From positions 96,001 to 160,000 of the forward strand of contig CAWAWS010000033.1 of the NCBI GenBank assembly GCA_963785725.1: DNA of 64,000 nucleotides, read 5' to 3'. A program made the position numbers and the translations under genes. Shown one piece after another: positions 51,085-63,571 of the stretch. The stretch's first letter is position 1, and each line of letters begins with the position of its first letter. The notes under the pieces are model-generated. The model was not told the DNA's origin, searched no databases, and saw only the letters and a list, made by a program, of their open reading frames with translations. Source of the DNA: an uncultured delta proteobacterium. GTDB taxonomy: Bacteria > Myxococcota_A > Polyangia > Palsa-1104.

Positions 51085-52128
51085 CTAGTTCGCTTCTTTG
51101 AGCTTCGCCAGCGTCTTGGTCAGGCGCTTCTTGGTGGGGTCATCTTTCGCCAGCGTCAGCGCCTTCGAGAAGGCGTCGGTCGCCGACTTGCGGTCGTTCT
51201 TGGCCAAGAAGGCGTCGCCCAAGCTGTCGTACGTGTTCCCCGACTCGGGATGCTGCTTCACGTTGAGCTGGAAGATGGCGATGGCGTCGTCGATGCGCTT
51301 CTCGCCGAGCAGACCGTAGCCGTAGTTGTTGAGCTCGTTCTCGTTGGCGACTTTGGTGGCCTTGTCGCGCAGCGTGGCCGCGAGCTTGGCGTTGCCCTTC
51401 TTGTCGGCGACCTCGGAGCTGGCGTAGAGGGTGGTGAAGTTCTCGTTCATCTTGAGGCCGCGGTCGGCGAAGCGCTGCGCCTCGTCGAGCTTGCCGCCGT
51501 GCGTGGCCCAATAGTCGGCCGCCTGCGCCCAGGCGCGCCAGCCGAACTGCGCCTCGCCGCGCAGCTCCGCGCGCATGCTCGTCATCACCACCGCCGGCGT
51601 GTCGATCTCGACGGCGAACGGCACTTTGAGCTTCTCCCAATGCAGCGTCACCGTCACCGAATGATCGGTCGGATCGTCGAAGGTGTAGGCCAGCCGCTCG
51701 ACGGAATCGCTCGTCGTCGTAGGCGTTACCGTGGTGCGCAAGGCGTCCTCTTTGACGTCGTAGCTGTAGCTGCCCCAGCCGACGGAGAGCGTGTTGAAGA
51801 TGATGGTCCAGCTCTTCGCCGTCGGGATCATGTGCAGGCCGTAGATGCCGGCGGCGAGCGGCTTGCCACCGATCTTGACCGGCGTCGAGAACTTGATGGT
51901 CGTGTTCTCGTTGGCGCCGGCGCGCCAGACTTCGCCGAAGGGCACGAGATCGCCCCATACTTTGCGGCCGTTGATCGCCGGTCGGTGGTAGCTGATGGCG
52001 ATGTCGGTGAGGCCGACGGTTTGGCTGACGCTCGCGGCCGGGCTCGCTTGCGGAGTCTTGAGCCCTTCTTGAGCGACGGCGGCAGAGCCTAGTGCGACAA
52101 CACTTATGATCGACATGAGGATGCGCAT
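51085..52128 (-). CDS. DUF2911 domain protein with C-terminal TPR
   Basis: SPAASVSQTVGLTDIAISYHRP, LVPFGEVWRAGANENT, LNNYGY, NTYDSLGDA. Confidence 0.88.
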   Translation of the reverse strand: MRILMSIISVVALGSAAVAQEGLKTPQASPAASVSQTVGLTDIAISYHRPAINGRKVWGDLVPFGEVWRAGANENTTIKFSTPVKIGGKPLAAGIYGLHMIPTAKSWTIIFNTLSVGWGSYSYDVKEDALRTTVTPTTTSDSVERLAYTFDDPTDHSVTVTLHWEKLKVPFAVEIDTPAVVMTSMRAELRGEAQFGWRAWAQAADYWATHGGKLDEAQRFADRGLKMNENFTTLYASSEVADKKGNAKLAATLRDKATKVANENELNNYGYGLLGEKRIDDAIAIFQLNVKQHPESGNTYDSLGDAFLAKNDRKSATDAFSKALTLAKDDPTKKRLTKTLAKLKEAN

Positions 52129-52185
52129 GCGCGAAATGCAAACACCGCGCGCAAGAAGCGTCAAGCCGGCGAGGCTAAACAGTCT

Positions 52186-53181
52186 TCAATGGCCGGAATG
52201 GAGCGCGCGGAAGTCGGCCAGCCAGCCCAGCACTTGCGCCAGCGTCTCGTCGGAGACGACGCGCGCCGCCGGTCGCATCGCCTGCGCGGCGTCGTAGAAT
52301 TCGGCGCGCAGGTGCGGGTTGTCCGGCAGCGTCGTCACGCCCTGCTTTTGTAGGAGGCCGCCGAGCAGCGCTTCGTCTTCGCGGCGGCCGATCTCTTCGA
52401 TGCGGTGGTTGAGCTTGCCGCTGACCGACTTCACCTGGCGCTGCACGTCGGCGGGCAAGGCGTCGAAGGCGCGCGCGGCGACGATGAAGCAGCCCGAACG
52501 AAAGCTCAACCGCAGCGGCATGACGTAGCGAACTTGGGCCGACCACTGAAACGCCAAGGCGGCGCTGGGGATGGTGATGAAGCCGTCGAATTTGTGCTCG
52601 TCGTAGGCGCGCGCGGCGTCGGCCAGCGACGTGCGCACGATGGTGAGGCCGAGCGCCTTCGCTTGCATCGGCAGGACGTCATCGCTGGCCCAGATCCACC
52701 AGCGCATGCGCCGCATCGTCGCCAAGTCGCGCACCGGCTCGCGCGAGAACAGCTGCTCGGCGCCGAGGCCGGCTTCGCCGAAGTTGATGAAGCCGGCGCG
52801 CAGGAACTCGGCGTCGACGGTCTGGCGCAGCATGCCGAGCACGTGCGCGTTCTCCTGCCGATTCTGGAAGACGCCGATGACGCGGCCGACCTTGAGCGTC
52901 GGCGCCAGCTGCGTGCACAGCTCGGAGCCGATGGCGCCGTCGAGCTGGTCGCGGCGGATGCGATCGAGCACCGTCGCCTCGTCGCCGGCGATGCCGCCGA
53001 AGTACAGCTTCACGCGCAGCGCGCCTTCGGTGACCTCCTCGACGTCGCGCGCCCAGGCGCGCAGCTCGCGTGCCCAGCTCGTGCCTTCGGGCGCGACGGT
53101 GGCGATGCGCAAGACCGCCGGCTCGGCCGCGGCGTTCGTCGTCGCCAGCGTCGCCAGTGCGACGAGAAGGCCGAGGCGCAT
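52186..53181 (-). CDS. dctP: TRAP transporter substrate-binding protein (DctP family)
   Basis: Signal peptide; LRIATVAPEGTSW, KLYFGGIAGDE, ALAFQW. Confidence 0.82.
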   Translation of the reverse strand: MRLGLLVALATLATTNAAAEPAVLRIATVAPEGTSWARELRAWARDVEEVTEGALRVKLYFGGIAGDEATVLDRIRRDQLDGAIGSELCTQLAPTLKVGRVIGVFQNRQENAHVLGMLRQTVDAEFLRAGFINFGEAGLGAEQLFSREPVRDLATMRRMRWWIWASDDVLPMQAKALGLTIVRTSLADAARAYDEHKFDGFITIPSAALAFQWSAQVRYVMPLRLSFRSGCFIVAARAFDALPADVQRQVKSVSGKLNHRIEEIGRREDEALLGGLLQKQGVTTLPDNPHLRAEFYDAAQAMRPAARVVSDETLAQVLGWLADFRALHSGH

Positions 53182-53259
53182 GGACTTCGATTGTAACGGA
53201 TCGCGCGTGGCGTTGCCGCAGCATTTGACAGCACGGCGAAGCGGTCTCATCGTGGGCGC

Positions 53260-53958
53260 ATGGCCACCGACGACGCGCCCAAGCCGACGGCGCTCTTGCA
53301 CTTGCGCGACGAGCGGGAGCGGGTGATCGCCCGGCTCTCCGATGCGTTCGCGCGCGATCTGCTGACCGTCGAAGACTTCGAAGAGCGGCTCGGCCTGGCC
53401 CATCGCGCGATGACGACGGCGGAGCTGGTGCCGCTCGAGCGCGACTTGGGCGACCTCGTGCCCGCGGCCAAGCCCGCGCCCACGACGGCGCTGGTGCCGG
53501 CGGCCGACGTCCGCGATCAGCGCACCCTCGTCGCCATCATGGGCGGCGTCAGCCGTTCCGGCGGCTGGGTGCCCGCTCGTCACACCAAAATCTACACCTG
53601 CATGGGCGGCGTCGAGCTCGACTTCCGCGACGCCATGATGCCGCCCGGCGTCACCGAGATCACGGTCTACGCGATGTGGGGCGGCGTCTCGATCATCGTG
53701 CCGCCGCAGCTCGCCGTCGAGATCGAAGGCATCGCCATCATGGGCGGCTTCGATCATACGTTGCGCGCGCCGGCGCAGCTCGATCCCGATCGGCCGCGGC
53801 TGCGCATCGGCGGCGTCGTCGTCATGGGCGGCGTGCAGATCGAGACGCGCTTGCCCGGCGAGACCGAAGGGGACGCGCGGCGGCGCCGTCGCCACGAGCG
53901 CCGCGCCCTGCGCAAAGCGGCGCGCCAGGGGCTGTTGCCGCCGGGCACGCCGCAGTAA
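53260..53958 (+). CDS. DUF1707 (SHOCT-like) plus LiaF/DUF2154-like domain protein
   Basis: ERERVIARLSDAFARDLL..EDFEERL; repeated MGGV/WGGV beta motifs. Confidence 0.82.
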   Translation: MATDDAPKPTALLHLRDERERVIARLSDAFARDLLTVEDFEERLGLAHRAMTTAELVPLERDLGDLVPAAKPAPTTALVPAADVRDQRTLVAIMGGVSRSGGWVPARHTKIYTCMGGVELDFRDAMMPPGVTEITVYAMWGGVSIIVPPQLAVEIEGIAIMGGFDHTLRAPAQLDPDRPRLRIGGVVVMGGVQIETRLPGETEGDARRRRRHERRALRKAARQGLLPPGTPQ

Positions 53959-53973
53959 CGGCGACCGCGGCGC

Positions 53974-54136
53974 GCTAAATCAGGGTGCGCGATTTTCGAT
54001 CGCTTCGCGCTCGAGAATCGCGCCCTGATTTAGCCTCGATCAATGAGGGCGTGCCGCCCTCCCCGAATGGGCAGAGCCCATTCGGGTCCTCTCCCTCTAC
54101 CCGGCGCAACTCCGCGCCGACGCGAGCTTCGCTCGC
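53974..54136. repeat. Multi-hairpin REP-like element / bidirectional terminator between convergent genes
   Basis: Long near-perfect stem 53974-54034; CCCGAATGGGC-AGA-GCCCATTCGGG 54062-54086; GCGAGC-TTC-GCTCGC 54122-54136. Confidence 0.65.
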
Positions 54137-54174
54137 TCGAAAGTCGCAGCCTATCGGGAATGACGATCGGCCAT

Positions 54175-54489
54175 TTAGCCGGTGGCGGCGGCCGGCGCGT
54201 CGAGCGTCGCCAAGAGCTCCATGAAGCGCGATGGTCCGCAGCGGCGCACGATCGTGAGCGTGATGCCGCGCGCGCGCACGAGGCGGCGCGCCAAGAGCAC
54301 GGCGCCGTGGCTGTTGACGTCCGTGGCGATGATGAGCATGTCGACGCGGTTGATGAGGTTCTCCAAAGAGATGTTGCCGCGCGCGCCGACGTGGCCGGTG
54401 TGGAACTCGACCTCGTGCCCGGCTTGCTGCGCCATCTGCTTGTAGGACCACTCGTTGCGATCGAGCCCGCCAACCATTCCAATGCGCAT
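54175..54489 (-). CDS. DUF2325 domain protein
   Basis: MRIGMVGG...EFHTG...DMLIIATDVNSH. Confidence 0.8.
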   Translation of the reverse strand: MRIGMVGGLDRNEWSYKQMAQQAGHEVEFHTGHVGARGNISLENLINRVDMLIIATDVNSHGAVLLARRLVRARGITLTIVRRCGPSRFMELLATLDAPAAATG

Positions 54490-54743
54490 TCGGACCTCGC
54501 CTGCACCGTATTATTTCGGCGCATTCCCAGTATGCGAGACGCAATGTTTCCGACGGGGGAACTCGGTGGATAATGTTTATTTCCGGCGCGAATCGAATAG
54601 TCACGAAACACAAAAAATAGCGTCTCGAAGGGATTGACAAGCTGCGTCATTGCACTTAGTTAGGGGTTGTTGTCTCGCCCAAGTGACAGTCAGCGCCACT
54701 GTCGCGTCGATTTTTCCCGCCCGTCATGCTCGACTGAGCGCAG

Positions 54744-55076
54744 ATGCCGATGACGACAGACGAGCCGCTCTTCGTCGACGTGATGGTGACGCCGAATCCG
54801 TCGAGCGGCGACGAGGAGCTGCTGTTGCGCTTCAAGTCCGAAGAGCCGGCGCGCAGCATCGGCGAGGTCTTTCTCGACGGTCGTTGGTGCGCGGTCAGCG
54901 GCTGGGACGAAGGCGGAGTGGCCGTCGGAGCGCAGGCGCTGCTGGTCGAGGATTCGGGCAGCGGCACAGCGCTGCTGGTCTGCGGCGCGCGTTGGGGCGT
55001 GCGTATCTCGCCGCCGGATGCGTCGCCTTATGGTGAGACGCATTTGCTGCTCGATCCGACGACGCCAATTCGTTGA
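54744..55076 (+). CDS. Hypothetical protein
   Basis: Acidic beta-rich ORF with GC3 bias. Confidence 0.6.
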   Translation: MPMTTDEPLFVDVMVTPNPSSGDEELLLRFKSEEPARSIGEVFLDGRWCAVSGWDEGGVAVGAQALLVEDSGSGTALLVCGARWGVRISPPDASPYGETHLLLDPTTPIR

Positions 55077-55218
55077 CGCCGCGCTGACCTGCACCGCCGT
55101 ACAAAGGCGATGCCCGACGACAATCGACGACGCTGACGGCCCCACGCCTGACGACGCCCCGGAAATGGCGCGGCGGAGGCGGTGCTCGCTGTGATAAGAT
55201 TGCGCTCGGGGGAACTGT

Positions 55219-58272
<3,054 letters not shown>

Positions 58273-58369
58273 CGATCGGTCGCGCGCGCATGTTCACGGC
58301 ATCTCCCGACGAACGACTGCGACCAGCCGCTTCGTTGGCTGCGGCAGTCGTTCGCCGCCGCAACGCGCG

Positions 58370-58789
58370 CTACTTGTCGACCGCGACCAGCTCGACGTCG
58401 AAGATGAGGTCGGAGTTGGGCGGGATGCCGCCGGTGCCTTTTTCGCCGTACCCGAGCTTCGACGGGATGTGCAGCTGCCGCCGCTCGCCCACTTTCATGC
58501 CGGTGATGCCCTCGTCCCAGCCGGCGATGACTTGGCCCTTGCCGAGCCAAAAGCGCAGCGGCTGACCGCGATCGACCGAGCTGTCGAACTTGCTGCCGTC
58601 GGTGAGCCAGCCCGTGTAGTGGACGTGGACGATGTCGCCTTTGGCCGCGACGGCGCCGCTGCCGGCTTTGACCGGGAAATACTGCAGGCCCGACTTCGTC
58701 GTGATCGGCTTGCCGGTGACCGGCGTGGGATCGGCGAAAGCAACGGGCATCAAGAGCGCGAAAGCCAGAGCGGCACAAATCGAACGCAT
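58370..58789 (-). CDS. Exported FKBP-type peptidyl-prolyl cis-trans isomerase
   Basis: VHYTGWLTDGSKFDSS, GQVIAGWDEG, LGYG, IPPNSDLIFDVEL; signal peptide. Confidence 0.95.
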   Translation of the reverse strand: MRSICAALAFALLMPVAFADPTPVTGKPITTKSGLQYFPVKAGSGAVAAKGDIVHVHYTGWLTDGSKFDSSVDRGQPLRFWLGKGQVIAGWDEGITGMKVGERRQLHIPSKLGYGEKGTGGIPPNSDLIFDVELVAVDK

Positions 58790-58972
58790 GCGATTCCTCT
58801 CCTGAAAGTGGACCAAAAACCGAGGCCCGGGATGCTATCACGCGACGCCCGCATTGACCGGCGCGGCCCAAGCGGTGCCCAAAACGAGAGCCGAGACGAG
58901 CCCCAAAACGAGGCGGTTTTCCGACGCTGCGCCTTGATGCGTGTGGCACCCAATGATACGTTGCTGACGCAA

Positions 58973-59677
58973 ATGGCTGCGACCAAGCGATACGCGATGG
59001 TGCTAGTGGCTTTACTCGGGTCGATGGCGATCCCGGTCTTGGCGCGAGCGCAAACGCCGCGGGCGTCGTCGGCGAAGATTCAGTTCGACAAGGGCCAGAC
59101 GTTCTTCGATATGGGCCAGTACGAGCGCGCCATTCACGAGTTCGAGATTGGCTATCGCTTGCAGCCGCTGCCGCTGTTCTTGTTCGATATCGCCAACGTC
59201 GCGCGCGTCGCCGGATTGAACGACAAGGCGATCGAATATTTCCGCAAGTATCTGCAGGCGACGCAGGGCGCCGACGAGGCCGACGCGCCCGAGCGCGGCG
59301 AGGCGCGGCGTCGCTTGGCCGAGCTGAAGTCGCAGCCGGGCGGCCACGGCGGCAAGCCCAACGCGGCCAAGCGCGCCGACGTCCATCGGCTCGTCGACGA
59401 GATGGACGCCGCGCTCGACGCGCCGGAGAAGACGGCCGCGCCCGCGCCGGCGACCACGACCGAGCCGGCGCCGGCCGCGGCGGCGCCCGTGCTCGTCGCA
59501 GCGCCCGCGCCCGCCAGCGAAAAGCCGGCGACGCCGGTCTACAAGAAGTGGTGGCTGTGGACGATCGTCGGCGTCGTGGCCGTCGGCGCCGGCGTCGGTC
59601 TCGGCGTCGGGCTCACGGCTTCCAAGCCTTACACGTATCCCAACCTCAAGACCTCGCTCGGCAGCTTTCGCTTCTGA
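58973..59677 (+). CDS. Exported TPR protein with C-terminal hydrophobic anchor
   Basis: FDKGQTFFDMGQYERAIHEF...LFDIA...AIEYFRKYL; PVYKKWWLWT followed by a TM segment. Confidence 0.8.
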   Translation: MAATKRYAMVLVALLGSMAIPVLARAQTPRASSAKIQFDKGQTFFDMGQYERAIHEFEIGYRLQPLPLFLFDIANVARVAGLNDKAIEYFRKYLQATQGADEADAPERGEARRRLAELKSQPGGHGGKPNAAKRADVHRLVDEMDAALDAPEKTAAPAPATTTEPAPAAAAPVLVAAPAPASEKPATPVYKKWWLWTIVGVVAVGAGVGLGVGLTASKPYTYPNLKTSLGSFRF

Positions 59678-59692
59678 GCGACGGGAGGATTC

Positions 59693-60694
59693 TTGCGGAT
59701 CGCTTACTGCGCCCTCGCTTTGTTGACCGCCATCGGCTGCTCGTCGTCGGGCGAGCTCGTGCACGTCACCGTCATGGACGGCTCGTTGCCGGCGACGACC
59801 AAGATCATCGCCGCCACCATCCTCATCAACGGCAAGACCGAGCTGCATGATTTCCCGGTGGCCGCCGGCGCGACCACGCTCGACTTCGGCGTCGGCGTGC
59901 CGTCCAAGGACGTGGGCTCGATAGTCACCGTCACCGTGCAGCTCGAGGACGCGACCAATCAGTCGCTCGGCAGCGGCACCGGCAGCGCCACGATCGTCAA
60001 GGGCATCACCGAGCTCACCGTCACCATCGGCGGCGGCGGCGGCGACACGCTGTGCGGCAACATCACGGCGCCCGCGCTCTGCGACGGCTTCGAGACTGGC
60101 CCGGCCGCGTTCTGGAACGCGCCCTTGAGCGCGGGCGCCACGTCGAGCACGACCACCGACACGACGCACGCCTTCCGCGGCACGCACTCCTTGCACGTCA
60201 CCAACGACGCCGTCGACGCGGCCGGCGAGCTCGTCTTCGCGACGCTCGACGAGACCAAGTTCTTGCCGACGAGCCTCTTCGTGCGCGCCTATTTGTACGT
60301 TCCGTCGGGCTTTCCGACCCAGCCGGGCGGCATCTTCAATTACGAGCAGGCCGCTTCGCCGTTCCAGCAGATCGTGCTCGATCTCGACTCGCAGTCGTTC
60401 ACGGTCTTCGACAGCATCGACTCGTCGTCGCAGCACGCGACGGGCGAGGTCATCCCCTATGACCAGTGGTTCTGCGTCGAGTGGTCGGTCGTCGAGGGAC
60501 AAAAAGGCGCGACCTCGGTCAAGGTCAACGACACGCCGCTGGCCGGGCTCGACCTGGCCGTGAACACGATGGCGTCGCCGGCGTACGATCAGCTGGCGCT
60601 CGGCCTCATCAGCACCGTCGCCAACACGCCGGCGCGCGAGCTGTGGATCGACGAAGTCATCATCGACAGCTCGGCGATCGGCTGCGCGAAGTAA
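59693..60694 (+). CDS. Lipoprotein with C-terminal beta-jelly-roll (polysaccharide lyase/LamG-like) domain
   Basis: TTG start with GGAGG; lipobox AIGC; LCDGFE, WFCVEW, LWIDEVIID..IGC. Confidence 0.7.
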   Translation: MRIAYCALALLTAIGCSSSGELVHVTVMDGSLPATTKIIAATILINGKTELHDFPVAAGATTLDFGVGVPSKDVGSIVTVTVQLEDATNQSLGSGTGSATIVKGITELTVTIGGGGGDTLCGNITAPALCDGFETGPAAFWNAPLSAGATSSTTTDTTHAFRGTHSLHVTNDAVDAAGELVFATLDETKFLPTSLFVRAYLYVPSGFPTQPGGIFNYEQAASPFQQIVLDLDSQSFTVFDSIDSSSQHATGEVIPYDQWFCVEWSVVEGQKGATSVKVNDTPLAGLDLAVNTMASPAYDQLALGLISTVANTPARELWIDEVIIDSSAIGCAK

Positions 60695-60723
60695 TCGTCC
60701 ATTTCATGCGATAATAGGGGCCG

Positions 60724-62328
60724 ATGAAGTTCGGGCGCTATCGGCTGATCGAACGCATAGGCGAAGGCGGCATGGCCGACGTCTATCGCGCCGAGGTGCT
60801 GGGCCCGAAGGGCTTCTCGCGCCAGCTGGCCATCAAGCGCATCCACACGCTGTTCGCGCGCGAGCTCGACTTCATCAACATGCTGGGCACCGAAGCGCGG
60901 GTGACGGCGCTCTTGAATCATCCGGCGATCGTGCAGGTCTACGAGTTCGGTCACGTCGACGACGAGCTCTACCTGGCGATGGAGCTGGCCGAAGGTCCCG
61001 ACTTGGGACGGCTGTTGATGGCCGCCGAAGAGCGCAAGATCGCCATGCCCGTGGGCGTGGCCTGCTACATCATCGGGCAGCTCGCCGACGCGCTCGCGTA
61101 TGCGCACGCGCTGCACGACAGCGACGGGCGGCCGCTCAACATCATCCATCGCGACGTGACGCCCTCGAACATCGTCATCAGCCACGTCGGCGGCGTCAAG
61201 CTGCTCGACTTCGGCATCGCGCGCGCCGCCTCGCACCTGCGCAACGAGCGCACGCGCACCGGCGTCTTGAAGGGCAAGATCAGCTACCTGTCGCCGGAGC
61301 AGATCGACGCGCAGGAGATCGATCATCGCACCGACGAGTTCGCGCTCGGCATCGTGTTCTACGAGTGCCTGACGTTGGCGCGGCCGTACAAAGGCGTCAT
61401 TCGCCAGGAGAGCTTGGCGGCGCCGTCGTCGCTGCGGCCGGACGTCGACAGCGACGTCGACGCCGTGGTCATGAAGATGCTGTCGGCGGCGCCGAACGAC
61501 CGCTTCGCCGATTGCGCCGAGGTGGCGACGGCGCTGTCGCCGCTGTCGCGCCGGCTCGGCGGTGACGCGCTGGCGCTGCGCGATTGGCTGACGACGCTGG
61601 GCCCACTGCCGAGCAAGGCCGAGCCGATGCCGTCGGAGCCGGTCGAGCCGACGCGCCCGGCCGAGACGGTGCCGAGCGTGCGGCGCAATCAGGCGGGCAG
61701 CTCGGTGACCGATCCGTCGGGCGAGATTCGCGGCGTCGAGCCGAAGCCGTCGTCGCGCATGCGGCCGCTGACGTGGCTCATGCTGGCGGCGACGGTGGGC
61801 TTGGCGATCGGCGTCACCGCGCACTTTTGGCTGCGCGCGCCGGCGATCGTGCCGGCGACGCCGAGCATTGGGCCCGTGGTCGCCAGCGCGCCGACGGGCG
61901 CGACGCAGCGGCCGCCGACGCCGACCAGCGCGCCGACGACTGTTCCGACGATCGCGCCGCCGACCGTCGCGCCCACGCCGCCGGTCGCCGCGCCGCAGCC
62001 GGTCGCGCCGCAGCCGGTCGCGGTCGAGCCGCCGCAGCCGGTCGCGCCGGCGGAAGTGCGGCTCGCCGTCGACGGGACGGCCGGCGCCGAGGCGCTCATC
62101 GACGGTCACTTGATCGGGCAGCTGCCGCTCGACGTGCGCTTGCCGCGGGCCGATTCGGAGCGCCACCTCGTCGTGCGCAAGAATGGCTACAAGCCGTGGT
62201 CGCGCTCGCTGGCGTCGAACACCGATGTCACCTTGCGCGCGATCTTGAAGCCGATCGGTCGCGCGCACGAGCCGCCCCGCGAGCGCGAATCGGCGCCGCC
62301 GGTCGTCCGCAATCCCTTCAGCCGCTAA
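60724..62328 (+). CDS. Membrane Ser/Thr protein kinase with PEGA domain
   Basis: FGRYRL, GEGGMADVY, HRDVTPSN, DFGIAR, KGKISYLSPE; TM segment; GAEALIDG..IGQLP...KNGY. Confidence 0.92.
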   Translation: MKFGRYRLIERIGEGGMADVYRAEVLGPKGFSRQLAIKRIHTLFARELDFINMLGTEARVTALLNHPAIVQVYEFGHVDDELYLAMELAEGPDLGRLLMAAEERKIAMPVGVACYIIGQLADALAYAHALHDSDGRPLNIIHRDVTPSNIVISHVGGVKLLDFGIARAASHLRNERTRTGVLKGKISYLSPEQIDAQEIDHRTDEFALGIVFYECLTLARPYKGVIRQESLAAPSSLRPDVDSDVDAVVMKMLSAAPNDRFADCAEVATALSPLSRRLGGDALALRDWLTTLGPLPSKAEPMPSEPVEPTRPAETVPSVRRNQAGSSVTDPSGEIRGVEPKPSSRMRPLTWLMLAATVGLAIGVTAHFWLRAPAIVPATPSIGPVVASAPTGATQRPPTPTSAPTTVPTIAPPTVAPTPPVAAPQPVAPQPVAVEPPQPVAPAEVRLAVDGTAGAEALIDGHLIGQLPLDVRLPRADSERHLVVRKNGYKPWSRSLASNTDVTLRAILKPIGRAHEPPRERESAPPVVRNPFSR

Positions 62329-62348
62329 GCATTACTCATTCGTGTCGA

Positions 62349-63398
62349 TTATGAGGTCGTAGCCCAGTAGCGGGCCCAATCGATCTGCATCGTGGCGTCT
62401 TTGGCCGGGTAATTCGCGGCGCCGCCGTTGCCGAACCAGTGTGTGCTGGGATGCCAGACGTTGAACAGCCACTGCGTGGCCAACTTCGGAATGAGCGCTT
62501 TATTGGTGAACGTCCAGAGCGTGATCTCTTTGTTATCGAGGACGATGAAATAGCGGATCGAGTCGCTGTGCCATTCGAAGCCCATTTCGTAGAACGCGTT
62601 GGGATCGAAGAAGCCGGGGTACATGAAGTCGGGGTCGCTGACGCTGGGGCCGAGGTCGTAGCTGTTGTCGGCGGTCGATTCCTGGTAGCTGCCGGTGGCC
62701 AGGTCGACGGCGCGCGTCCACTTGCGGAAGTTGCCGTTGTCGTCGGTGTATTCGGACCAAATCGTCAACGACAGGACGCTCGGCGTGCCGCACAAGATCT
62801 CGATGTCGATCTCGGAGTTGTCGATGAGGCCGTCGCCGTCGTGGTCGGTGCCGTCGTTGAAGTAGGTGAAGTTGCCGTTGACGACGTCTTCGGTGGACGC
62901 GCAGGCGGCGAGGCGGACGCGCGAGCGATATTGGCCGTACTGGAAGTTGGTGGCTTTGGCGTCGATCTCGGTGGCGAAGTCGGTGCCGGCGTGATCGGTG
63001 GGGCCGTAGGTCGTCGAGCCGGGGAAGACGAGCTGGCCGACGAGCTGGTCGACGGCGTTGGCGCTGGCGAGGCCGAACGTAATCTGCGATGCCGCCGTGT
63101 CTTGGGTCGTGAAGAGGCTGCTGTCGGCGGCGATGAGCTGCGTCGACCAGGTCGGCGCGCCGGTGGGCGTCGTGTCGCCGGCGATGCCGCCGTCGGTCGT
63201 CGTGCCGCCGTCGGTCGTCGTGCCGGTGCCGCCGGCGTTGCCGGTGCCGCCGGCGTTGCCGGTGCCGCCGGCGTTGCCGCTGCCGCCGGCGCTGCCGCTG
63301 CTCATGTCGTTGCCGTCGACGTGGTGACCGGCGCTGCCGCCGCAGCCGACGCTACAGCTGACGACGAGCGGAATCAGCCACGTACGCGCAAATCGCAA
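62349..63398 (-). CDS. Glycoside hydrolase family 16 lipoprotein
   Basis: Catalytic EIDIE motif, FQYGQY, GFEWHSDSIRY, MQIDW; lipobox SVGC; TTG start with GGAGG. Confidence 0.85.
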   Translation of the reverse strand: MRFARTWLIPLVVSCSVGCGGSAGHHVDGNDMSSGSAGGSGNAGGTGNAGGTGNAGGTGTTTDGGTTTDGGIAGDTTPTGAPTWSTQLIAADSSLFTTQDTAASQITFGLASANAVDQLVGQLVFPGSTTYGPTDHAGTDFATEIDAKATNFQYGQYRSRVRLAACASTEDVVNGNFTYFNDGTDHDGDGLIDNSEIDIEILCGTPSVLSLTIWSEYTDDNGNFRKWTRAVDLATGSYQESTADNSYDLGPSVSDPDFMYPGFFDPNAFYEMGFEWHSDSIRYFIVLDNKEITLWTFTNKALIPKLATQWLFNVWHPSTHWFGNGGAANYPAKDATMQIDWARYWATTS

Positions 63399-63571
63399 GA
63401 TCGAGCCTCCACGCACGCCAGGCTCAGCAAACGGCGGTCCAGCGGCGCGCCCACTTCGTGCATTGCACAACCGTGCGGCGCAGCGACTTCCGCGCGCACC
63501 CAGGCGTGACGCTGGGAGCGCGCGCCCCGATTGTCTCACCAGCGGGACAATCGCTGGCCTGCGCGCGCGCC

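Noticed and set aside
52186..53895. 569-aa N-terminally extended DctP
   Set aside because: The extension is antisense to the DUF1707 gene; the signal peptide starts at 53181
54565..54665. GATAATG half Fur box and TTGACA in the AT-rich divergent gap upstream of DUF2325
   Set aside because: Only half the Fur consensus matches and the -10 element is poor; not supportable
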